Below the pieces are notes generated by a model. That model worked only from the letters and a program-made list of their open reading frames with translations, was not told where the DNA came from and did not search any database. A program made the translations under genes and the position numbers. Positions 50,635 to 62,766 of a stretch of DNA of 64,000 nucleotides are shown here, in pieces; the stretch's first letter is position 1, and each line of letters starts with the position of its first letter. Source of the DNA: Octopus bimaculoides (Eukaryota); NCBI RefSeq assembly GCF_001194135.2, contig NC_068990.1, positions 24,742,389-24,806,388 of the forward strand. Reading direction: 5' to 3'.

Positions 50635-51209
50635 GCATTTCTCAAAAGTATTAGAAGCGTAAATGAATGGAAATAGCTTCAAGCGTGAAATCATGATGTT
50701 GTGCCGGATTTTCCAAGTATTTTTTGTTCTACTGAACTCCATGCTTTTAGATTCAGCTCCGAAATTTTGGCTTCTACGAGCTAATGACTTCATTAAGACA
50801 TATGCATTATAATAAACATTACACACAACTAGCAGATGTACAACCTTCAGGCGTTCCCTGTTAGTTTACGTAATATCTGATGTCCTGTCTTTCTCTGTGT
50901 GGGGTGGGGTACAAATATGTATGTAATAAATTTTGTGTTGTCTGAGACTTAGTTTCCACTAGCAGCCTGCTCAACCAGTAATTCAACTGGTTGAATTGTT
51001 GAGCGAAACGTTAAGTCCATCTCGACAGGAAATTTATAAACTTAATTCTACTCTGAATTTCGAATCAACCAATCAGTAAATGTTTCGTTGTTCTTTTACT
51101 AGTTTTTGAAATAACCTCTATTTAATATATATTCACACGTGGAGGTGAACAAAGGAAAGAAGCATTCATTATTTAAAGGAGCCATTTTCACATCACCCTA
51201 TAACATCAA

Positions 51210-51640
51210 AGGGCAGCTCACGAGTCTAACAGTCAATGATTTCAGGGACGACGGTATGCAAGACATGCAATCCTTCAGATGTAGAGGCAGAGAAAATACT
51301 ACTTCCTTTTCTTGCATCTTCGAAAAAAACAGGACCAAGGAGCATCCGTAATAGAGGCCTTCCTACTTCATTTGAAGTCCATATACTACCTTGCTGTATC
51401 AATGTTTCAGTCACATCTCACTTGATCAAGGGCCATTTCAAAGCACCAGTTATGTTTAAAGGTATCTTGCACCTAAAATGCATTGTGTCCTTTTTACGAG
51501 AAGATGGTTGCAATCGATATATTATTGCGCCAAAAGCACTCTCGTTCTGTGATTACATGTCGTCAAGAAATTTGTCGATGACGCATATCTTGTCATTATC
51601 ATGTATAGTCTCAAATTTTATATTTACTAAATTATCTTAA
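51210..51640 (-). pseudogene. Stop-interrupted ~145-codon reading frame of unknown origin
   Basis: DNLVNIKFETIHDNDKICVIDKFLDDM*SQNESAFGAIIYRLQPSSRKKDTMHFRCKIPLNITGALKWPLIK*DVTETLIQQGSIWTSNEVGRPLLRMLLGPVFFEDARKGSSIFSASTSEGLHVLHTVVPEIIDC*: two internal stops in one frame. Confidence 0.35.
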
Positions 51641-52314
51641 TGTATCCAAAACAAAACATTCTTTTAAACTTATCACTGATAAATCCTAAAGTAATAATCA
51701 TATTATTACAAAAGATATTTAAATACAAAAATTCACACCAAGATTATAATGTAAACAAACAATAGATTCAAACTCAGCGAAAATTCTTGTATAATATCAA
51801 TCTAATTAGCATCAAACAAGTTTACAATGCATTCCAGTCTGTTTAATCTATATGTCTATACTCAGAACAATTGTAATTATATATAACAATGGAAACCTCA
51901 TTTTTCTTATATTTATACAGAATTTTATATATTTAATAACCAAAGAATCATTTAATCTACATATCCAGAGATGCATTTAGTTCAATTACAACGAAGACAA
52001 ACTCCAATATTCTATTTATTACATTATTAACAATATAATTATTAATAACATGTACTACGTATATAACAATAATAATTGTACTTATGAATTATTCAGATTA
52101 TTGAAATAATATAAGATCATATTGACCATCTTCCAATCAAATAATCTATAACTATTAAATACTAAATCACTTGAATTTAAGCAGAATATTTTGCGTTGTC
52201 TGTCATTCACTGATCTGACCTCCATTTTTCAAAAACCAATTGCTGGCAGTACTTCTTTGATGCATTCGGCCATGAGACTATCTTCCGCTGCAGAAATAAT
52301 TCGTTTTTTCCCCA

Positions 52315-52495
52315 CCACTGATTAACAACTGGTGCTGGTTTCTTTACGTCTCCGTTACTTAGCGATTCGGCAAAATACATCAATAGAATAAGTACTAAAC
52401 TTTAAAGATGTGCTGGAGTCGATTCGTTCGACTAAACTCTCTTCAAGATGGTGCTCCAGCATGGCCTCAAGCTACTAACTGAAACAAGTAAAAGA
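52315..52495 (+). mobile_element. SINE family A 3' half
   Basis: CAACTGGTGCTGGTTTCTTTACGTC..CTTAGCGATTCGGC..GGTGCTCCAGCATGGCC..GAAACAAGTAAAAGA. Confidence 0.8.
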
Positions 52496-52625
52496 CCACG
52501 ACACATCCTGAGTTGAGAATAGCGTCAATTGATCGTAGGACGCATACGTTTCTGCGATTTTTCACGTTGTCAACTACAAACACCAACTCTGTCATTCACA
52601 ACCCAATATATGCTTTCACACATAC

Positions 52626-52693
52626 CGTCTAGAAGTTTCTTCAAGGACTATTTCCACAGCGGAAGGTCTTCTCACATCCAAATATACTCGAAA
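52626..52693 (-). CDS. Candidate exon (68 nt, phase 0-2)
   Basis: Acceptor cccatttaacag|, frame FRVYLDVRRPSAVEIVLEETSR plus CG, donor CG|gtatgt. In-frame stops lie just outside both boundaries. Confidence 0.3.
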
Positions 52694-53676
52694 CTGTTAA
52701 ATGGGATTTTGCACAAATGTATTTTGTTCAATGCTACTTTGTGCAACTTTATTTATACAGTACAGAAAATCTGAATCTTCCACGACTCAATGTTTGACAG
52801 CCGTGCAGACTTGAAAACGCAAGAATCATAATATTTTTAATTTGCTACAAATGATTAATGAAAGGACATTGCACGTACGAAAAGTCGAAATACGTACAAA
52901 TGGACAGTTTCATTAAGTAGAAAATATAAAAATATCCGATTAACATAAAAAGAAATTGAAAAATATAAAATAAAACTAAATCGTGTAAGATATATAGGTT
53001 ACATTGGGCGAATTAGACACCTTTGACTCTCCAGTTGGCCCTAACACAGAAGCCAAATCTCTTCTCTTTAACTAACACACTACAAACAAAACCAGAATGT
53101 TGAGCCACTGAACTACGCTAAGCATAGCACTCTCACTTATCGTTCATTTCCTCACTTCTCACTTTCTATTTCAATTGATACTGATAAAGACAGTACAGGT
53201 TTCTTTCAAAAGGAAAAATTTATGGTCGCAAATCAATCAGTTTCATGCAACACACTCGATATTTTACCATAGCAACTGGGCACAAAACATTGCATGGCCT
53301 CCTTTGTCAAAAATGGTGACCAGAGTAATATTTATGAGAGTCTTGTGAATAACCTGATCTTTTCAACTTGACGTAGCAACATTTTTACGCAAGTGCCCAG
53401 ACAAGCAAGCCAACAGGATATATTCACGATGCCCTACAATATCTTGAATGTATCCTGTCGTATTGTTCATCAATACGTTGTTTCCATTCAAAATGTAAGC
53501 CTTGTATAGTGTGTTGTGATCTGTGACCTGAACTAGAACTGCCATGGCAAGGATTTTTATAAATACTAATCTTTACAAAGCTTGTTTTACTCTTAGAATG
53601 TTGCCATTCAAATAATTTAATGGCAAGTTATGTCCTTACTTCTGTAATCGGTCTCTGGCCTGCTGACAAAACATAC

Positions 53677-53709
53677 TTCCTGTAATTCACTTTTATCACG
53701 AATACCAAA
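53677..53709 (-). CDS. Candidate short exon (33 nt, phase 0-0)
   Basis: Strong acceptor ccttcgttgtttctgtag|, frame FGIRDKSELQE, donor GAA|gtatgt. Confidence 0.3.
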
Positions 53710-53796
53710 CTACAGAAACAACGAAGGTTCCTTTTCTTTCTTGTTTAATCTGCCGGAAATAACAACTCAGTCGCCCTTAAATCAATAGCCTATTAA

Positions 53797-54130
53797 ATAA
53801 GAGCACTCAGAGAGCGCAAACTTCCGCCAAGGCAACACCAACGTCCTCTCAACGATTAGTGAGCGATGATTTTTAAAATGAGAATATCTGAAATACGAGA
53901 ATACTGAAAATGAACCCAACTGCTCTCAAAAATTAAGTAAGAAAACAGAAAAAATAATCCAGAATCCGTGTCCGGTACCGGACTCATCTCAAAATCTAAC
54001 CAGTTCGTGCAAGTTTTGAGGCCAAACATCCCTGAAAATTTCATCTGAATCCATCCAGCGGTTCTTGAGATATCAAACAAACAAACAAACAAACAAACAC
54101 GACTGAAAACAATACCTCCGCCTTCGCTAG
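53797..54130. mobile_element. Non-autonomous Helentron/HINE-like element
   Basis: AAGAGCACTCAGAGAGCGCAAACTTCCGCCAAGGC at one end and CAATACCTCCGCCTTCG at the other. Internal GAAAATTTCATCTGAATCCATCCAGCGGTTCTTGAGATATC plus an (AAAC)n tract is a DINE/HINE-like layout. Confidence 0.55.
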
Positions 54131-54269
54131 TTACAATGCCTGAAAGAAGACATATGGTCACGCTGGAACGTCTTTGGTCAAAGACCTGCTACGTGAGGGC
54201 TGGCTTCAGGGTAAACACAATGAACATATTCCACTTACGAAATATTTGTAGGCATGACTATCCGGTTAA

Positions 54270-54575
54270 GAAGGTCGATTTGCAAGCACGTGGTTTGGAG
54301 TTCAGTCCCGGTGTGCGTAATCTTGAGCAAGTGTCTTCTACTATAGGCCCGGGATGTTTGATGCCTTGTCAGTGGATTTGGTAGATGGAAACTGTAGATA
54401 CATGTGTGTATATGTCTTTGTGTTTGTAACCCGCAACCTCTTGATAACTGGTGCAGGTTTGTTTACATCCCCGTAACTTAGAGATTCGGCACTGATAGAC
54501 TGATAGAATAAGTATCCGACTTTGAAATATTTGCTGGGGTCGATTTGCTCAAGTTAACTCTTCAAGGTTGTGCTC
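54270..54575 (+). mobile_element. Degenerate full-length SINE family A copy
   Basis: GAGTTCAGTCCCGG..CTTGAGCAAGTGTCTTCTACTATAG..GTGGATTTGGTAGATGGAAAC..CCCGTAACTTAG..GGGGTCGATTTGCTC. Confidence 0.75.
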
Positions 54576-55314
54576 CAGAAGGATGGGAAGTAAAGTTGAC
54601 TTTGGCAACATTTGAACTCAGAACCTAATGGAATATATAAAATATCAGAAGGTATTTTAGTTGCAACGCTACCGGTTCTACTAATCTACATCCCTCATAT
54701 ATCGCATTTATAAATACCGTCAGTTAGTCGTTGTTGTCTTTGAACAGGATAGAAAAGCTGAATCTATCTCATATAGAATGTAGTGTACTGCTTTATGATT
54801 GTGAACAGGCTGTTCCTACTCTGAGTCGACCAATAATCAATAAAAGAAGAAAAAATCAATTACGTATCCTACATTTATTGATCTTAGATTAATGGGAACT
54901 GGAAATTTTTCACTGAAAACATTTTAATAAAAAGAAAATGATAGATAGGTAGATATATCTCTTAATAAAAACAGAAGGTAAAATGATGAGAGAATACTAT
55001 GCGGCTGGTCAAATGTTACGTCTTCAGTTCATGAACAGAAGAGTTTTTTGGCAAATGTGCGTCAGATAAAATAATTGTGTTCGTGTAGCACCAACAGTTA
55101 ATTTGGCATGGTCACAACCTTTTGGTAAAAGTAGAACAAAGTGAAGAGCGAAAAGAATAAAGCTTGCGGCCTTGAATTTATATAATTGTTTCGACTGCAA
55201 TTTTTCATCTTTTCTAAAGAACAAACTATTAATGTTAAAGAATAATAACGTATAGAAGAGAAAAAAAGAGATACCAAATATATCTTAGCAAAGAGGAAAA
55301 CTTATTGTCTGGCA

Positions 55315-55317
<3 letters not shown>

Positions 55318-55366
<49 letters not shown>

Positions 55367-55885
55367 NNNNNNNNNNNNNNNNNNNNNNNNNNNNNNNNNN
55401 NNNNNNNNNNNNNNNNNNNNNNNNNNNNNNNNNNNNNNNNNNNNNNNNNNNNNNNNNNNNNNNNNNNNNNNNNNNNNNNNNNNNNNNNNNNNNNNNNNNN
55501 NNNNNNNNNNNNNNNNNNNNNNNNNNNNNNNNNNNNNNNNNNNNNNNNNNNNNNNNNNNNNNNNNNNNNNNNNNNNTATATATATATATATGTATGTATG
55601 TATATATATATATATATATACGTATGTATGTATGTATATATATACGTATGTATGTATGTATATATACGTATGTATGTATGTATATATATATATGTATGTA
55701 TGTATGTATATATATATATGTATGTATGTATATATATATATGTATGTATGTATATATATATGTATGTATGTATATATGTATGTATATATATATATATATA
55801 TATGTATATAATATATATACATATATGTGTGTGTATGTACATACACACATACACATGTATGTATGTATGTATATGTATGTATGTG
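55318..55885. repeat. (TA)n/(TATG)n compound microsatellite with N-gap
   Basis: Read directly. Confidence 0.95.
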
Positions 55886-56679
55886 TCTGCGTATCTTTAA
55901 AGAGGCATAGAGTTTATTTTAGGAGAAAGGGCAAATAAAAAGTTGTTTATTTTACAACTTTCGCGAGGATATTAGTGGCGTAAATAAAGTGATTCAAACG
56001 GGAATGGAAATCTATTCACGAACTGGTTTCGGCTCACTGGTGGCTCGCTTCATGTTATACGGTTATTTCCATCGGAAATGGCCGAATATTGAAAATGGAA
56101 AATGAAGATCATCCTGAGTATTACAAACAATTTACTTATTATTTTCGTTTATTCTGTTTCGAGCCTATAAAAGCAACGTGCATAAAGGTTATTACTAGAG
56201 ATGTCTTACCTTATGAAGTTTTATAACATATTGAATTTGCATGAGTCAGTAAGAGGAGATAATTCAAATCAACATCAAAGAAACCACAAATCTGCATATA
56301 AAATTAAATATTGTTGTTTAGTTATATACCATCGCTGATCCAGTGGAACCACGATCAAAGATATTCCATTCATGATAATCCTGACTTGTTTTTGGGTATT
56401 ATCTACCCGGGCTTCAATATTCAAAGTTTCCTTTTGAGAGGGTGTGATACAATTTTAGCGAAACTTAGTTGCAATTTCCAGTAAATCAATCGAGGGGATG
56501 ATTACGTTTAGAATGCCTTTGATTATAGGTTTATTCAATCAGAACTGATATAGTCCGAACAGAGAAGCACTTAAAGGCTTCCTTGTTTGGCTGTCGGAAG
56601 CGCAATACTCTAGCGCACCTCAGTTTCATAATCTAAGAAATTAAATTTTACTTCATATATTTGGTGAAGATGAGTGACC

Positions 56680-56915
56680 AAATGACTAGGGTGTTGTATT
56701 CATTATCTCAAAATCGTGGTTTCGATTCCCGGACCAGGTGATGCGTTGTATTATTCAGCAAAATGCTTCATTTCTCATTTCTCCAAGCCAGTCAGCTGTA
56801 AATGAGTAACCCTATGAAGGACTGGCATCCTATCCAGGATGAATGTTGTGATTCTGGTCATTTATACTCCACGGAAACCAAATGATCGGTCCTATGAGTT
56901 CTAGGACTCCAGACA
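56680..56915 (+). mobile_element. SINE family D, degenerate
   Basis: GGTTTCGATTCCCGGACC..TGCGTTGT..CAGCTGTAAATGAGTAACCCTATGAAGGACTGGCATCCTATCCAGG..GGAAACC..CCTATGAGTTCTAGGACTC. Confidence 0.7.
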
Positions 56916-57221
56916 GTAATGTCCAAGGGACGGTAATGCTCACGATGATATTCTGTCCTTTCTGCCTTGTCAATAAACTTTTTATAGTGTACATTGACCC
57001 CGTTAACAACTTACTATGGCCTAGATTAAGAATAAGGTATTTTAGGATCAATTATCGTTACTCGGCCCCCGAGATCCAGTTTAAGCTTTGATCTAACCTG
57101 CAAAGCCAAACGAGTTTAACGACCCTGTTCTAATACTTTAACATAGGACAATAAAAATAGTTTATGAAGTAATATTGGTCTCCACTTTATAGTGAATGTT
57201 CTGCAGTTACCATGCGAGAAA

Positions 57222-57468
57222 CTCTCATATTGGCTTTTGGTGCAAAATGTACTCTTGTTTATATTACTAGCTGAGAGATAAATCCCCCGCCACCTTCAGC
57301 GCCGAGAATTGCTGCTATCTCTAGCGGTCGTGCATCCATCATTGACAAGACCAAGGAAGGCCGAAATCATGTGATCTGAAGGTGGCGGCGCTGGAGATGG
57401 CGGGGATTTATCTCTCCGCTAACGATATAAACTAGAGCACATTTTGTACCCAAAAGTCAATAGGAAAG
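57222..57468. mobile_element. MITE with ~80-bp imperfect terminal inverted repeats
   Basis: Left arm CATATTGGCTTTTGGTGCAAAATGTACTCTTGTTTATATTACTAGCTGAGAGATAAATCCCCCGCCACCTTCAGCGCCG pairs with 57386-57467 at roughly 85% identity by eye. Confidence 0.8.
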
Positions 57469-57934
57469 TGGCAATAAATATCACCTCTCAGTATTATTAC
57501 TGCCTCTGTCGCTAATAGATAGTTTACGAAATGTTGAAGAGTGAGATACAAGCGTATCTTAGAGACAACATTACTATATGTCAGGTAATGTTTTTAAATC
57601 TTTAATTAACATATAAACTAATGCTAAGATGATTATATGTCTGGCCTAGAAAAAGAATATATTTGTACATCAGACTACATGAAATAACGCGCTTTGGTTA
57701 TTTTTTATGGTTTTTCTTTTACTTGTTTAAGTTAGTGGATTGTGGCCATGCTGGAGCACTCCCTTGAAGGGTTTTAGTTGAACAAATTGATTCCAGAGCT
57801 TGTTTCTTAAATATGGTATTTATTCTATCGGTCTTCTGTGCTGAAACGCTATTACGTTACGGGGACGCAAGCAAACCAATTCCATCTGTCAAGTGGTGGG
57901 GAGAAACACAAACACAAAGATACACGCATGAACA

Positions 57935-57969
<35 letters not shown>

Positions 57970-57972
<3 letters not shown>

Positions 57973-58500
57973 GAAATTAATGTGGGCTGCTGGGTGCAAT
58001 ATAAACTGTACAGGCAAAATGTAGTCGTCATTAATTTCTTACACATATGTTGCAAGAAATAAGCGTTCCTAATGGGAATTGCCAACAATGTGCATCCATT
58101 ACTTTTATGGAACAGTTAATTCGCTCTGTCAGCATATATATTTGCCATGTACATTCATGGCTGATTGAGCGAAATGCCAAATCGTATAGTTAAAATTAAT
58201 TTGGACTGCTGAGCGCAATATAAACTGTATAGGCAAAATTTAGTTGTCATTAATTGCGACAGTATGTGCTTCAGGCACATATATTGTTAGAAATAAGAGT
58301 TAAACCACTTATAGCTGCGTAAAAGCACATTTTATGTATACTGACAAGGTAGATAACTGCTCCATGAGCTAGAACAGTGGACTGCACAGTTTCATCCTAA
58401 TAGGAATTATCAACAGTGTGCCTCTATTGCTTTTATGGAACAGTTAATTCTCTTTGTCAGTATATATATTTATCATATATATCTATAGCTAATTTAATAT
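57970..58500 (+). repeat. Diverged local tandem duplication (~220-bp unit; second copy has a ~110-bp insert)
   Basis: GCAATATAAACTGTA(C/T)AGGCAAAAT at about 57996 and 58215. CTTTTATGGAACAGTTAATTC at about 58101 and 58431. Confidence 0.85.
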
Positions 58501-58648
58501 ATACCTGGTGACTCGGAAACCTACTACGGATCCCTAGCTCCAGCCTTAGGTGTGAACTTGGAACGTAACGGATGACAAACTATAGCACTTACACACCGTA
58601 TCTATTGGTTTAGATCATCAGTGAACTAAACTCCTCATATACTTTATA

Positions 58649-58701
<53 letters not shown>

Positions 58702-59182
58702 GGGAAAATAAGTAAATGAGTAGACACTTTACCGGTGAGTGTGTTAAATAATAAGGCACGAAAAGAGAATGACTCTCTCCAGACACAACAAAATATGCTT
58801 CAAGGCGTTATATATATAACATAACAAACGGCAAACAGGACAGAAACAAGATACACGGACCATTCGCAGCAGATTTCTTCATCAGTCGGTTTCTGGAAAG
58901 TCAGACTGAACTCGGAACCATGTGGTTGAGAAACAAACTTCTTACCACAATATCATATTTTAGGTTTTACTTGTTTCAGTTGGACTGCGACTAAGCTGAG
59001 CTACAGATTTGCAGGGATTAACCAAGCAAATCGAATCCAGTACTTCTATTTTAAGTATAGTACTTTTTTACTAGTCTCTTTTGCTGAATCGCTAAGTTAC
59101 GGAGGCGCAAACAAGCCAATATCGATTGCCAAGCAATAGTAGATTTGGACAAAAAACACACACAAACATGTACACATATATA

Positions 59183-60069
59183 CGAGGTGCGTTCAAAGAA
59201 TATCCAACTTTATTTTTACTCGCCCAAACTAATACTGCGTAGGAAAATCCTTTGGGGAAGAAGTGACGCTACCCTTAACTGCGCATGCCTGAAAATTTTC
59301 GCGCTCATAGGTCGCGTAAGTTCTCGGCTGTTACGCCTAGAATCCAGTTGTATAGTTTGCACTCGTCGCGTTTTTGTTTTTATCGTACGCATCGAGCAGA
59401 GATATTACATCGAGTTTTGCCAAAAGCTTGGTGATGCTCAAGCTCAAACCATCTAGAAAATTTAGCGGACTTCTGATGATGATGCCATGGGCAAAACTCA
59501 GATCAAGGAGTGGTACAACCGCTTCAAACATGGCTGCGCCTCAGTGGAGAGCGAGGCACGCTCAGGCAAGACCATCCACAAGTCGAAACGAGGAGCCGAT
59601 TGAGAAGGTTCGGCGAATAGACATGGAAGACCATCGTGTGACATTCCAGGAAATTACTCACGAAGTGGGAATATGGTCCAGTGCATTTCATTTTAACGGA
59701 GGATTTATGCATGCGGGGAGCATCGGCAACATCCCTTGACCCCCACCATTTTCATGTAATAAATCAAGCAGCTTCACATGGAAATTGCTCCGGACATGCT
59801 AGACTGTGCAAACCAGGATCCAGATATCAGGAAGAAATCTGGTGATGAGACATGAGTTTATAGTCTCTGCTCGAAGCGGTCGGTCATTGTACGTGAAAAC
59901 GAAAATCCGATAAACGCGCATTTCACGTTTGTACTCTAGGCATAACAGGCAGGAAAGAGAGGTTTCTCGCTTGCATAAAAAAATGTGGTGTCACCCCTCA
60001 TTCAAAGAATTTCGCGCGCATTAGTTTAGGTGGAAAAAATAAATTCGGATACTTATTGAATGCACCTCG
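59183..60069 (+). mobile_element. mariner transposon, internally deleted (~890 bp), TA TSD
   Basis: TA|CGAGGTGCGTTCAAAGAATATCC ... GGATACTTATTGAATGCACCTCG|TA, with TIRs of about 50 bp. Transposase N-terminus EQRYYIEFCQKLG..AMGKTQIKEWYNRFKHG..VESEARSG..SRNEEPIEKVRRI.MEDHRVT..EI..EVGI has stops and frameshifts. It ends near the GDE motif, and the rest of the DD34D domain is missing. Confidence 0.9.
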
Positions 60070-61023
60070 TACGTGTACATATATATACATACTTATACAC
60101 ATACATACATATACAACAGGTTTCAGCACAGTTTCCGTCTACTGAATTAAATTCAGCTCAAAAGATATTAGTCAACCCGTAACTATAATAGGGGACATTT
60201 ATGCAAGGTACTGTCCAGAGGGATCGATCATGGAACACTTTGCTGCAAAGCAAACACCTTAACCACACACATACACTCACACACGCACTCATACACACAC
60301 ACGCCCACACATCGCACCACACATACCTGTCTGCTGAAATAATTCCTAGATTTAGCAATAGGTTCTTAATAATACCATTCAACAACCTTTGTTCGTATAA
60401 CCGTGACGATAGAAAAATATTAATTTCAAAATATCTGCAAATAAACGGCGAAAATCTGCGGAAGGTGACAAGAGAGGCGCCTTTGCTGTCGTTTGTAGTC
60501 GGTTTCCGCTTAAATTTCTCCTTCTGCTTCAGTTATCGGTTTTATTTTTCTCTCTATATAATGCATTCTTTTATTTCTGTTAATAGATCAGCTAGGACAA
60601 ATATTGAGCGATGAAATTATAAAAAGCAATGAACCAAACGAACTTTAGCAGAAGACCAATATCTGACCACCATTTTCATGTAATAATCAAGTCTCAGTAT
60701 CAAATATATTCCAAGAAATTTAGTTTTATTCGGACGCCTCGAAGTAATATTAATGTCGACACTAAAATGTTGGCAACTAATTATCTGTAGAAGCTTCTCC
60801 AGTTTTACACGTCACACGCGCAAGCATAATATATACCTGTGTGTGCCTGCGTCTATGTGTGTGAGCCTTTGTGTGTGTGTGTGTGTGTGTGTGTACAAAG
60901 TTGAATACATACATAGAAGTTCACACATTTATATAGTGCTCGTATGTGAACACATACGAGTCTGTACAAAAAAACGAAACGTTTTCCTTTGTCTGTTTGT
61001 CTCTCTTTCTCTCTCTCTCTCTG

Positions 61024-61055
<32 letters not shown>

Positions 61056-61819
61056 CTTTCTCTTTTCTCTTTTCCTTGTTTCAGTCATTTGACTGTGGCC
61101 ATGCTGGAGCACCACCTCTAGTCGAGCAAATCGACCCCAGGACTTATTATTTGGATGTCTAGTACTTATTCTATCNNNNNNNNNNNNNNNNNNNNNNNNN
61201 NNNNNNNNNNNNNNNNNNNNNNNNNNNNNNNNNNNNNNNNNNNNNNNNNNNNNNNNNNNNNNNNNNNNNNNNNNNNNNNNNNNNNNNNNNNNNNNNNNNN
61301 NNNNNNNNNNNNNNNNNNNNNNNNNNNNNNNNNNNNNNNNNNNNNNNNNNNNNNNNNNNNNNNNNNNNNNNNNNNNNNNNNNNNNNNNNNNNNNNNNNNN
61401 NNNNNNNNNNNNNNNNNNNNNNNNNNNNNNNNNNNNNNNNNNNNNNNNNNNNNNNNNNNNNNNNNNNNNNNNNNNNNNNNNNNNNNNNNNNNNNNNNNNN
61501 NNNNNNNNNNNNNNNNNNNNNNNNNNNNNNNNNNNNNNNNNNNNNNNNNNNNNNNNNNNNNNNNNNNNNNNNNNNNNNNNNNNNNNNNNNNNNNNNNNNN
61601 NNNNNNNNNNNNNNNNNNNNNNNNNNNNNNNNNNNNNNNNNNNNNNNNNNNNNNNNNNNNNNNNNNNNNNNNNNNNNNNNNNNNNNNNNNNNNNNNNNNN
61701 NNNNNNNNNNNNNNNNNNNNNNNNNNNNNNNNTATATATATATCCTTTTATTCTTTTACTTGTTTCAGTCATTTGACTGCGGCCTTATATATTTGACTGC
61801 GGCCTTATATATTTGACTG

Positions 61820-62290
61820 CGGCATATATAAAACTTAAATATGTTTCGACCAAAGATTGACCCAGGCCATGTCTAACTTAATAGCACCATCTTATGGGAT
61901 TTGCTAAATGCTCTTTAAGTCAAGTTTTGTAGTAGCATGGCTCGTTCAAGTAGAGAGTTCTTGTTGAGTGAGCCGCATTCAAGTATAGGTGGCTTATCTG
62001 GTATCTCTTGAAGAAATTTGTCCAGATTCCGTTTTCAAAATGATGGGATGTTTTTCCTCTTTGATTTGTTCTGGAACAATGTCAAATAGAGCAGAACCTG
62101 TAGAGGAAAGAAATTGTGTAGCAATGTATTTATGTATTTTGACTTTGAATTGGGTCGGAGACGTATGGCACGTGGTTCTAGCCTTAGATGGGTTTTGAAA
62201 CTAATGTTGAGATCGTTTTGGCAATGCTGGTGGTATATTCTTCATATCGTGCAGATGATATATCGCTCACGGTGGCACTGGAGAGAATAA
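61820..62290 (-). mobile_element. Second CR1-type LINE 3' end, same family as 33780-34200
   Basis: Colinear with the 33780 copy. It extends to LQCHRERYIICTI*RIYHQHCP, the CR1 SLQRRRERY.I motif. Confidence 0.8.
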
Positions 62291-62452
62291 CGTTTCAATG
62301 CTTTAAGGCGATCCTAATAATCGAGATGAGTTATGTCCTTAATTCTTTTAGTGAATGCCCTCTGGGATGAGTCAATTTTCGAAATGTCTTGAAATACGTG
62401 TGTGTGTGTGTGTGTTTGTGTATGAATACATACGCTCCTCGACCACATATAG

Positions 62453-62490
<38 letters not shown>

Positions 62491-62708
62491 ACAAATAAGA
62501 GGAATGACCAGCAAAAGTGGACTCCTATATGCTAGAAATAGATGCCGAATCATCTAACCACGAAGAATATGTTCTCAGTAAAATTTCAGCGAGACGACAG
62601 ACTGTAAGAGGGCAAGACAAATGAAAAAATACTAAATAAAAAAAACGATTAACCTACGTACCCACGGTTTCACCTGTTAATACTTACATAAGTAAATATA
62701 TATATATG

Positions 62709-62766
<58 letters not shown>

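Noticed and set aside
56015-56065. Hammerhead-like GAAAC motifs on the minus strand here and near 58850-58890
   Set aside because: The core or stems I/II cannot be paired convincingly, so they are too degenerate to call.
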